64,000 nt of DNA, from contig CAVZJJ010000004.1 of assembly GCA_963775555.1 (NCBI GenBank), positions 2,971,601-3,035,600 on the forward strand, given 5' to 3'. A model generated the notes under the pieces. It saw only the letters and a program-made list of their open reading frames with translations. It searched no databases and was not told the origin of the DNA. Position numbers and translations under genes: made by a program. Within the stretch, counting starts at the first letter, position 1. Each line of letters opens with the position of its first letter. This document shows positions 39,177 to 49,193 of this stretch, piece by piece. Source of the DNA: an uncultured Bacteroidota bacterium. GTDB lineage: Bacteria > Bacteroidota > Bacteroidia > AKYH767-A > 2013-40CM-41-45.

Positions 39177-40493
39177 ATGACCAAACTTCTACTCTCAGCC
39201 CTGTTTATCTTATCAATCATAAGTACCTCAATAGCGGCTACAGGTTCCTCCTGTAATTGTTGGCTCACCCGTGATTCCACGTGGTCTGTTGTAGCTTTCG
39301 ATGGTTCTGGTGGTTCGGGAGGTCCCGGCCTTCCTCCTGATTACAGGAACGATGACTGGTCGAGTGACACGATAGGGCTACCTTTTATTTTCTGTTTCTA
39401 TGGTGATACCATTACGGAAGTTTACATCAACAATAATGGAAATATCTCGTTTGGCTCTCCTTATTCAACATTTACTGCTAATTCTTTCCCTGATTCCACT
39501 TATTCCATGATCGCGCCCTTATGGTCTGATGTCGATACACGAGGTGCATTAAGTGGTGTTGTCTATTATAAGGTTTTCTCTGGTGGGCTTGTAGTGCAGT
39601 GGGATCATGTAGGTTATTTCGATAGCTATGATGACAAATTGAATACCTATCAGTTAATTATTACGGATGGAAATTCAAATCTTCTTCCGGAACAAAAAAA
39701 TGTGGGCTTCTGCTATAAGGACATGCAATGGACAACCGGTGATGCCTCTGGTGGTTCTGGCGGATTTGGAGGGACTCCTGCAACAGCAGGTGTCAACTTT
39801 GGAGATGGAATTAATTATATTCAATTAGGCCTTTATGATAATAATACGTTTGCATATGACGGCCCCTTTGGTAACAACGACGGAGTGCTTTCGCTTTCAA
39901 ATCAATCTTTCATTTTTAATGTCTGCGTAAGCAATTTCAATGTGCCTCCCATTCTTAGTGGAGATTTCATTTGTGATACGATTCAACTTTGTTTAGGAGA
40001 CACATTTGTTTACGAAGCGGATTTTCTCTCGCCTGAACAAACACAAATCACATCTGTCTCCATTGATGCCCATGGCCTTTCAGGTGTAAACCTTGTGACA
40101 AGCCCCGGAAATCCTGCCAATGTCCAGGTTTCTATGGTTGCAGCTTCTGTCGGGTATTATATCGTCGACGTAATTGGAACAGACAATGGTTCACCAGCCG
40201 GTACAACGGTATACTCGCTTCTTATGGACATTACTAATTGCACAGTAGGAATAGACGAAAAAGAGATAAACACACTTATGCCTTATCCGAACCCTGTACA
40301 CGATCATCTCACGCTGGATCTAAGTAATGCTTCGAACAGAATTCGAATCAGTACGCCAGAAGGCCTGATCATTTACGAAGGATTTTCTTCGGGCAAGACA
40401 ACAATCAATACATCCGATTGGCCGGGCGGAATCTACTTTGTAAATGTGCAATCAGAAAAACAGCAGAGTACCGTTAAAATTCTAAAAAACTAG
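39177..40493 (+). CDS. T9SS-secreted protein with an N-terminal NIDO (nidogen-like) domain.
   Basis: YINNNGNISFGSP...IAPLWSDVDTRG...VYYK matches the NIDO hallmark (IAPFWADVDTR). C-terminal CTD YPNPVHDHLTL...GGIYFVNVQSEKQQSTVKILKN. Confidence 0.5.
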   Translation: MTKLLLSALFILSIISTSIAATGSSCNCWLTRDSTWSVVAFDGSGGSGGPGLPPDYRNDDWSSDTIGLPFIFCFYGDTITEVYINNNGNISFGSPYSTFTANSFPDSTYSMIAPLWSDVDTRGALSGVVYYKVFSGGLVVQWDHVGYFDSYDDKLNTYQLIITDGNSNLLPEQKNVGFCYKDMQWTTGDASGGSGGFGGTPATAGVNFGDGINYIQLGLYDNNTFAYDGPFGNNDGVLSLSNQSFIFNVCVSNFNVPPILSGDFICDTIQLCLGDTFVYEADFLSPEQTQITSVSIDAHGLSGVNLVTSPGNPANVQVSMVAASVGYYIVDVIGTDNGSPAGTTVYSLLMDITNCTVGIDEKEINTLMPYPNPVHDHLTLDLSNASNRIRISTPEGLIIYEGFSSGKTTINTSDWPGGIYFVNVQSEKQQSTVKILKN

Positions 40494-40946
40494 GCGGGCT
40501 TCAACCCAATTTTCTTCATCAAAGCACAAGCTCCATTGCTGAATGGAGGTGAATGTCTGCGCCTATGTCCATTGGGTTATTGCAATATCTTCTTTCTGTC
40601 AATTTTTTTATCAGGAAGGACTTTTCACCCTTCTCATCTATTACTGAATCGAATCCGCATGCAGGACGCTTGTACTTCTTAGCTATTTTGGAGTTGAATG
40701 AGCAGAAACAATCATCAAACCAGAACAGAATAAGCAAAACGTGTAACTGATTTTTCTGGTTGAATTTTTTGGGAGTTTACAACTATTTATTTTGGGCGAA
40801 TCGTGCTTTTTGCTTGGTAGAAAAACATGGTCAATACAAATCTGACCTAAAAGCTATAAATACACCCCAGAGTGATCCGGACAAACACAAGAAAAGCTGC
40901 GCTTGATTCTTCTACTATCCAATTGCAATATCCCTAATATTAGGGA

Positions 40947-41931
40947 TTGTCAATGACAAAATTTAAATATTCTATTAGCCTCGTGATCATTGCCTCTGTG
41001 CTATTGATTTTTGGCACTTCTTTTCGACCCGCGAACAGTCTTGATGATACTCAAGAATATACTCCCTGTAACAACTTCCAGTCCTTGCGGATCAAGTACA
41101 AGAAACTATGCTATCCGTTCAACGGCAGGTCAACCCGGACCGATTACAGGTCCTAATAAAAGCCTTTGTGAAAAATCCGGAGTTACCTACAGCATCGTAC
41201 CTGTACTCACGGCTACAGGTTACTCGTGGATGGTACCACCGGGTGTTACTATGACATCCCCTAATGGTGGAACATCAATTACTGTAGACTTTACACAGGA
41301 CTTCACTTCAACCGGAAACATTTGTGTAAGTGCAAACAACGATTGCGGATCCGGAATTGCACGTTGCTATCTACTTAGTGCACAACCATACATTCCTGTT
41401 ATTTCAGGAACAGCTTCCGTTTGTAAATCGCAATCTGCTGTTTCCTATTCGCTCGCTCCGGTTCCCGGTGCACTTTCATATAGCTGGTCCGTCTCCGGCG
41501 GTGCATCAATCACTCCTGCCGGAACGAATGCTACAGTGAATTTCACAAGTGCAACAAGCAATACAGCTATTGTTCGTGCAAATGCAAACAATGTCTGTGG
41601 TTCATCTCAACCGGCAGTATTCAGTGTTGCAGTTAACCAACTTTGCCGCACTGCTTCAGATGATGCGGATCTCAAAGCAGGAGAATTCCTGATCTATCCA
41701 AATCCGACTTCTTCTAAAGCAACTGTTTCATTCAATGCTGAAGACCTCTCCAAGGTCCGCATGAATATTACAGACCTTGAAGGGAAAGTAATCGTTGACA
41801 AAGCGATCAGTCCGGTAAATGGTTTAAATATAATCGAACTGAATCTTCATGGTATTGCGCGTGGTGTTTATCTGCTCAATTTGCAATCGGAGAATAAAGT
41901 TCCACAGACTCAAAGGCTGATCGTGGAATAA
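40947..41931 (+). CDS. T9SS-secreted protein with tandem Ig/PKD-like Cys-containing repeats. The signal peptide (40947 frame) and the body (41011 frame) are in different frames, so a frameshift is likely.
   Basis: MTKFKYSISLVIIASVLLIFGTS signal in one frame. Body repeats (PGPITGP...CEKSGVTYSIVPV..., PVISGTASVCKSQSAVSYSLAPV...) and a CTD (IYPNPTSSKATV...GVYLLNLQSENKVPQTQRLIVE) in the other. Confidence 0.4.
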
Positions 41932-41964
41932 TTTAAACTTTTATAATAGTCTAAGGGCAGCTGT

Positions 41965-41997
41965 CAACGGCTGCCCTTTTTTTGTTTTGTATATTAG
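41965..41997 (+). terminator. Rho-independent terminator.
   Basis: GGGCAGCTG-tcaa-CGGCTGCCC stem (9 bp with one G-U pair) followed by TTTTTTTGTTTTG. Confidence 0.6.
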
Positions 41998-42659
41998 GGA
42001 ATGGATGCTTTATTCTAAAGCAATCGGATATAAAATTTATAGGAATAGTCATTTAGCTCCAAAATGCTAAAAAACAGAGGCCTCAATAATTAATGATGCA
42101 TTTCATACTTTTTTCCTTGATGAAAAAAGTATGCAAAAAAATCAAGACCAATTGATCCTGCCAGCCGCACCGGCAGACGCTTCCCGCGCAATTGGTCGGG
42201 CCCACGCGCCGCCATGAACAAGCATAGCCGGAATGAATTTAATTGAAAATAATTTAATGTACAATTGACTTAACGTACCTGTTGGAATCTGCTTCCCTTC
42301 TGTGGCGGATTTATGAACTAAATGGATAATCCAAAAAATTTATAATGCTAGTATCCTTTTTTTTTGCATTATTTTGATTATGGTAAGAGTTAGTTGATGG
42401 ATATTCATTTAAAAAAGGCATTCAATCGGACTACCCCGTTCCGGGATAAAACAATTCCATATCTCTAAAATCTCATGCCGTCTTTCAGATCAAGGGCAGT
42501 ATTATTGATTCAGAGTCCTGAAATAATATCAAAAAAGACATATTTAAGGCTTCATGATGAAGTTTGTTGAATATAACCCCAATACTATCTAACTTAGTCA
42601 GATACAAGTTCACATTACAAAGGTGCGGCGTCAGCACCTTAATCACTGACATTACCTGT

Positions 42660-43514
42660 ATGAAATCAACCTCTACACTATTATTTATTTTTCTCATCTC
42701 TTGCCTTGCCTCTCTCCGTTTGAGCGCCCAGGTTCCTAATGGTGGCTTTGAAAACTGGGTACTGGACATAAATGGCGACTTAAATCCTGTAGACTGGACA
42801 ACAACTAACTCCTCCCCGGATGTGAGTGTTTCACAGTACACCCCTGCCTATTCCGGAAATTATTCGATGAAGGTAGAGGCCTTTGATCCAGGCTTCGGTG
42901 TGTTTGCAGGTCTTGCTACAATTGATTTTCCTTACAGCCAGCAGCCTGACCAATTAACGGCCTGCTTGATGGCAAACGTAATGCCCGGGGATTTTGTTTA
43001 CATCATCCTGGCGCTTCATAATGCAGATTCGGTTGTCGCTGCACCGCTCTACTGTACGTTCAAAGTTGATTCGAACATTACGCAATTTACGTGCATGACG
43101 TTTCCAATTACGTATCAGTCGACCCTTGCACCGGATTCAGCGACGATCATTATAGCGGCCGGCAATTATGGAAGTGCACAAATGGGAACCTATGTAATCA
43201 TTGATGATCTCAGCTTTGGTTTTAGCTCCGGTATCGAAGAGGCAGGCACAAGCAGTTCTATCCTCGGACAAAATTACCCCAACCCGGCTTCGAATAGCAC
43301 GACCTTTCCGTTACGACTTTCCCGTCCGGGTGACGTAATAATTACGGTATATGATGCACAGGGGAAGGAAGTGAAACAAATAGTTTCAGAAAAAATGCCA
43401 GCCGGAGAACAACACATTGAACTTTCCCTGGGAGAGTTGCCATCGGGAGTTTATTCCTGCTCGGTACGAGGAGAGGATTTTCTGCTCACAAGAGCATTGC
43501 TTGTGAACAGGTAG
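42660..43514 (+). CDS. T9SS-secreted hypothetical protein (signal peptide plus type-A CTD).
   Basis: MKSTSTLLFIFLISCLASLRLSAQ signal. C-terminal YPNPASNSTTFPL...LPSGVYSCSVRGEDFLLTRALLVNR. Confidence 0.5.
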   Translation: MKSTSTLLFIFLISCLASLRLSAQVPNGGFENWVLDINGDLNPVDWTTTNSSPDVSVSQYTPAYSGNYSMKVEAFDPGFGVFAGLATIDFPYSQQPDQLTACLMANVMPGDFVYIILALHNADSVVAAPLYCTFKVDSNITQFTCMTFPITYQSTLAPDSATIIIAAGNYGSAQMGTYVIIDDLSFGFSSGIEEAGTSSSILGQNYPNPASNSTTFPLRLSRPGDVIITVYDAQGKEVKQIVSEKMPAGEQHIELSLGELPSGVYSCSVRGEDFLLTRALLVNR

Positions 43515-43865
43515 GTTACTGCGCCCAATCTGCCAGGTGGAGAACAAAGGGACACCAGAATGTTGTAAGGTTTACTGGAGCAAATCGCCGGGCAACTAAG
43601 CTGTGGCACAAAGGATCACCATTTCCTTTTGGCACGAACTATTTGTCACTCCGTCCAATTAGGTTCTCATTGAAAATAAAGTCAAACAATTCCAGAGCAT
43701 GCATTTTGCATACCCTGGAATTTTATTGTATTGGGAAACTGTTATCTTTCGATCACAATAAATCTGTCAACTTTTGCTATAATACAGGGCTTCTTTGATT
43801 TTAATATTAGCAAATCAGACTCAAACTTATTTTATTTGGACACGAGACTAATTCATCTATAGGTT

Positions 43866-44903
43866 TTATTTGAAATTGACCTTTTGTGCCTTCTCACTAT
43901 AAATGAGCGGAAAGTGTTTTTCCATAATCTTCATTGAACTTTTCCATAATGTTTTTCCACCTTTACCGGCCTCACCCGGTGGAGTAAATTTGTCTACCAT
44001 TTTATATTCAAACATTCCTTTGCTCATATTATACTCATGCCCCATTTCCTTGTACATCCTTCCTTTACCTCCTATCTTCACCGTAACACCGCCTGTTCCG
44101 AGAGCTGCAAGAATTTTCATATCCTTTGTGTCAAAAACATCAAACATCGCCATGCCGGATTTTCTTGACCAAATGAGCTTAAAAAAGAGACAGGTATCAC
44201 ATTCCTCATTGATGGCCTTATCAATTACATCGAAATTTACAATTTCAAATTTGTAAGGATATTTTATTTTGATTCCCTCAATAGTAACATCCTTCTTCAA
44301 TATGGCACTGTCTACAAGAAGCGTCTTCGTTTCTACTCTTTGCATATTCTCCGAAAAGACATTAGATTTTTTATATTCATCATATTGAAGAGAAATAGCC
44401 TTAGTGCTTGTTAACGTTTTAAGAAAGAATACAAAATCCGCATCATTTATCTGGGAATTAGGCAGATAAGAGAATTCAAAAATATCCTGATACTCAGATT
44501 CATTATTTACATGTTTCACATGGAAAGAATATAGGTATAACATACCTTGGAATTGTGTGTCCTTCTTAATCCATTCACAGCTAACGAGTACATTACTTTT
44601 TAAATCAGTGATGGACAATGCCGCGATCTCCTTTTGTGTTTTAAATACCACTTCGCCCTTGGTGAGCTTCCAATACCTGGGCAAAGTTCGTTTGGCTGCA
44701 TCATTCAATGTTTTATTAAATTCAGGATATTCTAATTGTTCTTTTTTAGGTAGTACACTTAAATCATTTTCGTTTTCCGGACTTAGCTCAAAAATAACTC
44801 CTTTGTTTTCAATTTCTGCGAGAGTGTTTTTGTCAATGGAATAAAATTGGGCAAAAGACGTTGAGCAGAATAAAATAAGCGACAAGTATAGTGTGACTTT
44901 CAT
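43866..44903 (-). CDS. Hypothetical secreted protein.
   Basis: Signal peptide MKVTLYLSLILFCSTSFAQ. No recognizable domain. Confidence 0.4.
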   Translation of the reverse strand: MKVTLYLSLILFCSTSFAQFYSIDKNTLAEIENKGVIFELSPENENDLSVLPKKEQLEYPEFNKTLNDAAKRTLPRYWKLTKGEVVFKTQKEIAALSITDLKSNVLVSCEWIKKDTQFQGMLYLYSFHVKHVNNESEYQDIFEFSYLPNSQINDADFVFFLKTLTSTKAISLQYDEYKKSNVFSENMQRVETKTLLVDSAILKKDVTIEGIKIKYPYKFEIVNFDVIDKAINEECDTCLFFKLIWSRKSGMAMFDVFDTKDMKILAALGTGGVTVKIGGKGRMYKEMGHEYNMSKGMFEYKMVDKFTPPGEAGKGGKTLWKSSMKIMEKHFPLIYSEKAQKVNFK

Positions 44904-45361
44904 GAGGAGAGTTTAGCTCTATTTGAATAAAATATTAAATAAGAATTCTGCGTATTCGAAAATTGTCTTATGATAAATTTAAAAACAATTTCAGAGCCAA
45001 GTAAATACTAATTCTTTGTTTATACAAATATTATTTCTAATTATTTAACCCGCTTAATCCATTTTGATCCATTGCATTATTAATCTGATTTTTGGCCTAT
45101 TTTGAATGATTAATATCCATAGAATAACCTAACGGATAGAGTAAATCATAATTTAGGGAGAAGGCCACTTGACGAAATATTGCGCGAAAATCCTTAGAAA
45201 GACCCATTCCGTTGGTTCAGATTTTATGAGGTGTGGATAATAATCCTCTCCTATTGAACTTGATTCAATGGAGGTGAATTCGGAAGATTACACCCAAAAC
45301 AAGAATGCTTTACACTAATGCTAAAATTTCAAATCAAAAGATCAGAAAACAAAATATGATT

Positions 45362-46954
45362 CTATTCATTTAACAAAACAACCTTTTTTGTTTCTCTGTT
45401 CATCTTAGACAGAATGCTGATAAAATAAATTCCGGCATCAACTCTGATTCCTAAATTATTGGTCCCATCCCAAAGAAGTTCACTTTTCCCTGGTACAAAA
45501 TCTTCCTGCAAAAAGGTTTTTAATATCCTGCCTTCAATATCACGAATTTCAATACTGAGTTTATCCTGAATCCGGTTTTTAAATGAAAGGCTTACCTGAT
45601 TAGAAAAGGGATTAGGATAAACAGCAATATCACTAATTGACTCCCCTATTTCGTTTATACTTACATTTTGTGATGAATCCAATTTAACAATCCAGTAATC
45701 GGAATTGCCATGATTCACGGTCACGTCTCCGTCATTTGAATTGATTGATCCTGCAATGACATATCCACCATCATTCGTTCGAAGAACCGAATTTGCAACG
45801 TCAATTCCACTTCCGCCCAGTGACTTCTCCCAAACAATGTTTCCAATAACGTCCAGTTTAACAATCCAATAATCGTAGTCTCCATGATTAAACGAAACAT
45901 CTCCATCAACAGAGGTTGAATATCCGCCAACAATATACCCCCCATCAGAGGTTTGTTGAATTGAGTACGCTCCGTCAGAGGTACTTCCTCCCAGTGCTTT
46001 CTGCCACTGAATTATCCCTGCACTGTCTAACTTTACAATCCAGCTATCACTTTCTCCATGATTTCCGGAAACATCATCATCATTTGAACTCGAGGTACAG
46101 GCAACAATAAAACCGCCATCTGCAGTTTGCCGTACATAGCTTGCTGATTCACCGGATGTGCCACCTAAGGTTTTCTGCCATTGAATATTGCCTGTACTAT
46201 CTGCTTTAACAATCCAGGCATCCATATTACCATGATATCCGGTTACATGTCCGTTTTGAGAATAAGTGTATCCGGAAATAATAAATCCATGATCGAAAGT
46301 TTGTTGACAGGATAATGCTTCATCCGTTGCACTCCCTCCATATAAGTGAAACCATTGAATGATCCCTGAAGCATCCAACTTGAGCAACCAGTAATTCTGA
46401 GCATTGAAATTTGTTCCGGCCAAATCTCCATCAATAGAATTTGAATAACCCGCCACTATATAACCTCCGTCGAATGTTTCCTGGACAGAGTAAGCTATTT
46501 CAAAATCTGATCCACCATAATTCTTTTGCCAAACTATTGAACCAATGCTGTCGGTTTTAACAATCCAAAAATCCCTGTGACCATAATTTCCGGCAACATC
46601 ACTATCATTCGATTCTGAATATCCGGCAATAATATACCCTCCATCATTAGTTTGCTGAATATAATTTGCAAAATCATCCGCCGATCCACCAAAGGTCTTT
46701 TGCCATTGTAAAACCCCGATATTATCTATTTTAACGATCCAGTAGTCTCTGCCTCCATTATTTCCTGTAACATCGCCGTCGTTGGAATCGGAAGTTCCGG
46801 CAATAATAAATCCACCATCATTTGTTTGGATGATTGAATTGGCATAATCATTTCCTGATCCGCCAAATGATTTTTGCCATTGAATTGAAGGCTGCCCGTC
46901 AACAATAATGGCAATAGAAACAATATAGAAAATGGCAAGAAAAAATGTTTTCAT
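45362..46954 (-). CDS. T9SS-secreted SBBP-type beta-propeller repeat protein (about 8 blades).
   Basis: About 44-aa repeats of the form WQKxFGGSxxDxAxSxxQTxDGGYIxAGxSxSxDGDVxGNHGxxDxWIVKLD. C-terminal CTD VYPNPFSNQVSLSF...AGIYFISI. Confidence 0.6.
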   Translation of the reverse strand: MKTFFLAIFYIVSIAIIVDGQPSIQWQKSFGGSGNDYANSIIQTNDGGFIIAGTSDSNDGDVTGNNGGRDYWIVKIDNIGVLQWQKTFGGSADDFANYIQQTNDGGYIIAGYSESNDSDVAGNYGHRDFWIVKTDSIGSIVWQKNYGGSDFEIAYSVQETFDGGYIVAGYSNSIDGDLAGTNFNAQNYWLLKLDASGIIQWFHLYGGSATDEALSCQQTFDHGFIISGYTYSQNGHVTGYHGNMDAWIVKADSTGNIQWQKTLGGTSGESASYVRQTADGGFIVACTSSSNDDDVSGNHGESDSWIVKLDSAGIIQWQKALGGSTSDGAYSIQQTSDGGYIVGGYSTSVDGDVSFNHGDYDYWIVKLDVIGNIVWEKSLGGSGIDVANSVLRTNDGGYVIAGSINSNDGDVTVNHGNSDYWIVKLDSSQNVSINEIGESISDIAVYPNPFSNQVSLSFKNRIQDKLSIEIRDIEGRILKTFLQEDFVPGKSELLWDGTNNLGIRVDAGIYFISILSKMNRETKKVVLLNE

Positions 46955-47148
46955 AAAAACTTGGTTTTATTCGAGAGACTCTGTCCTCAATTCATTATAA
47001 AATTAATATTCTCCAGTAAGAAAAGAAATTATTTTGAATGAAGTGACCAGCTCTAACAAATAATATGGCGGTTATGTAAGAGAAGGAGCTCTTTTATATA
47101 ACCGCCATATCAATTATTGACAAAGGTGTCAAATAAAATAAAATTGAT

Positions 47149-48726
47149 TTACTGAACTATAATTTTTCCTGTTTTTAGAATACTTTCTTGGGTTTTTATG
47201 TTATAAAAATAGATCCCGGAATTTAACTCCAATGTTTTGATAAGATTAGCCCCTGTATGGAGAGGGAATTGTTTAATATATTGACCTAAATTATTAATGA
47301 GCACCAATGTCAGGTCATTCGAATAATCAGCACTTAGTATCTCCACTACAAAGGATTCTTTTGCAGGATTTGGGAAGACAGAGGCAAATGATGAATTATA
47401 AGTGGAAGATTGTTTGATTGCTGTAAGCAAACAGGCATCAAATTTAACGAAGCTAATGCCGGATGCATTTGTTCGCGTTAAACTTGTTGGTGTATTAGCA
47501 ACCGTTGCCGGCACAGGAATTGCATTTGATGCTGTCATGTTGACGGTATTCATTACAAAAGCAGTATCGTATTGAAAGCAAGAAGATGTTACTGCGGTAT
47601 CTGTATTGCAAAATGTTTCGAAATTATTAAATCCGAGATGATTCTGGTAAATTGTAAATCCTGAACTGCTACCATAAGCGACATCAGCAACAAAATTATA
47701 TTCAGGATAAATATGGAGCCAGTTTAATTGAGCTGCTGTGTCCATTTTTAAAATCACCGGAAGTGTAACATTACCGGGCAAGTCATAGTTACCTGCCACA
47801 TAAATGGCATTATCTCCGAAAGTATATCCATATAATGAAAGGGATAGTCCGCCGGGACTGCTTTTGCTCCATAGTAAATTTCCTGTTGAATCAATTTTGG
47901 TAACCATACCTCGAGTTCCTGTCAAGCCAACCGTGCTGGCATTTCCTGCGATTAAGACATTTCCATCCGAAAGTTCAGTAAAATTATTAAAGCTGGTTAC
48001 CCATTCGGGGCCTGCGTAAGCCTGACTCCACAAAATGGAGCCGGTGGAATTATAACAGGTAACAATTCCCACACCATTAGATATAGATGGATTGCTATAT
48101 GCAACTCCCACAGCAAGATAATTACCGTTAGCAAGTCGCTTTGCGCTATAATAATGATCCGGGTCGACAGAATAATTTTCGGAATCACTCCATATAATAT
48201 CACCGCTTGAATCTGTTTTTATCAACTCAGAAAATGTGTTACCGGCATTGGTCACAAGTAAAAATCCGTTATCAGAATCATCCAGGGAATAATTAAGTAT
48301 TTGGTTGTTGAATTTTTTCATAAAAACAAAATTTCCTAATGCATCAGTTTTTAAAATAAATCCTCCTCCATTAGCCGTAGTATTAGCGATAATTGCAAAT
48401 CCATTATCCGGCATTTCAATGATTCCCTTGTAATTCACAGTGAAACTGGCTTCACCGTAGATGTAGGTATTCCACAATTTATTTCCATTAACATCAAATC
48501 GAATCAATGAAAATCCATAATCACCGGATGAAATAGCTCCTCTGTATTCATTCCCGGTCAATACTAACATGCCACCATCACGAGTGATGGTCGAAGCATG
48601 AATACGCCGAACCGCCGAATCTACTGAAAAATCATTCAATGCAAAATGATGACCCCCGGATTGGGCTTTTGCCATGTTGAACTGAAGAAATACTGTCATT
48701 GCAAGAAGTAAAATTTTGTTTTTCAT
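47149..48726 (-). CDS. T9SS-secreted beta-propeller-like repeat protein.
   Basis: Signal peptide. Recurring GN/GD-LLWS motifs. CTD VFPNPAKESFVVEIL...SGIYFYNIKTQESILKTGKIIVQ. Confidence 0.5.
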   Translation of the reverse strand: MKNKILLLAMTVFLQFNMAKAQSGGHHFALNDFSVDSAVRRIHASTITRDGGMLVLTGNEYRGAISSGDYGFSLIRFDVNGNKLWNTYIYGEASFTVNYKGIIEMPDNGFAIIANTTANGGGFILKTDALGNFVFMKKFNNQILNYSLDDSDNGFLLVTNAGNTFSELIKTDSSGDIIWSDSENYSVDPDHYYSAKRLANGNYLAVGVAYSNPSISNGVGIVTCYNSTGSILWSQAYAGPEWVTSFNNFTELSDGNVLIAGNASTVGLTGTRGMVTKIDSTGNLLWSKSSPGGLSLSLYGYTFGDNAIYVAGNYDLPGNVTLPVILKMDTAAQLNWLHIYPEYNFVADVAYGSSSGFTIYQNHLGFNNFETFCNTDTAVTSSCFQYDTAFVMNTVNMTASNAIPVPATVANTPTSLTRTNASGISFVKFDACLLTAIKQSSTYNSSFASVFPNPAKESFVVEILSADYSNDLTLVLINNLGQYIKQFPLHTGANLIKTLELNSGIYFYNIKTQESILKTGKIIVQ

Positions 48727-49193
48727 TTTGTTGTTTTAAAATGCTCATTTATTTAAAGCCTTTTATTAAGTCCTGTTTTTGAAGTGGTTGCTGGTCTCCA
48801 CCTGCTGAAATGATGACCATTTCTCACCAATGAGCTTTTTAAACGCAGAGATGTGTATTGTCTTGCAAGTTCAAAAATTAAACTGCGTATTCATGATTTA
48901 TAAATGAATTTACTATTTATTTATCCAAGAGACTCCTAATCGTTCCGGATCACCTCTTTGGTTCAAGTCGACGCTTGAATGACAGGTCTATGCTATCCTC
49001 GTTCAGAACCAGCACAAAGATAATTTTAGCAATCTATTGGATGCTTTTAAATCATCTTGTATAGTTCAAATCCGGACAGCTTCAAAAACGTTGATCCCGC
49101 AGTTCGGAGTGATGTTTTGTGTAGATCCTTACGTAGATGAGTGAGGAAAAAAAATGCAAGGAAAACTTGAAAATAGTAAACTTAATCAAACCA

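Noticed and set aside
42564-42659. Upstream extension of the 42660 gene (start MLNITPILSN...)
   Set aside because: The extension precedes an obvious signal peptide starting at the internal Met. The longer start would bury the signal.
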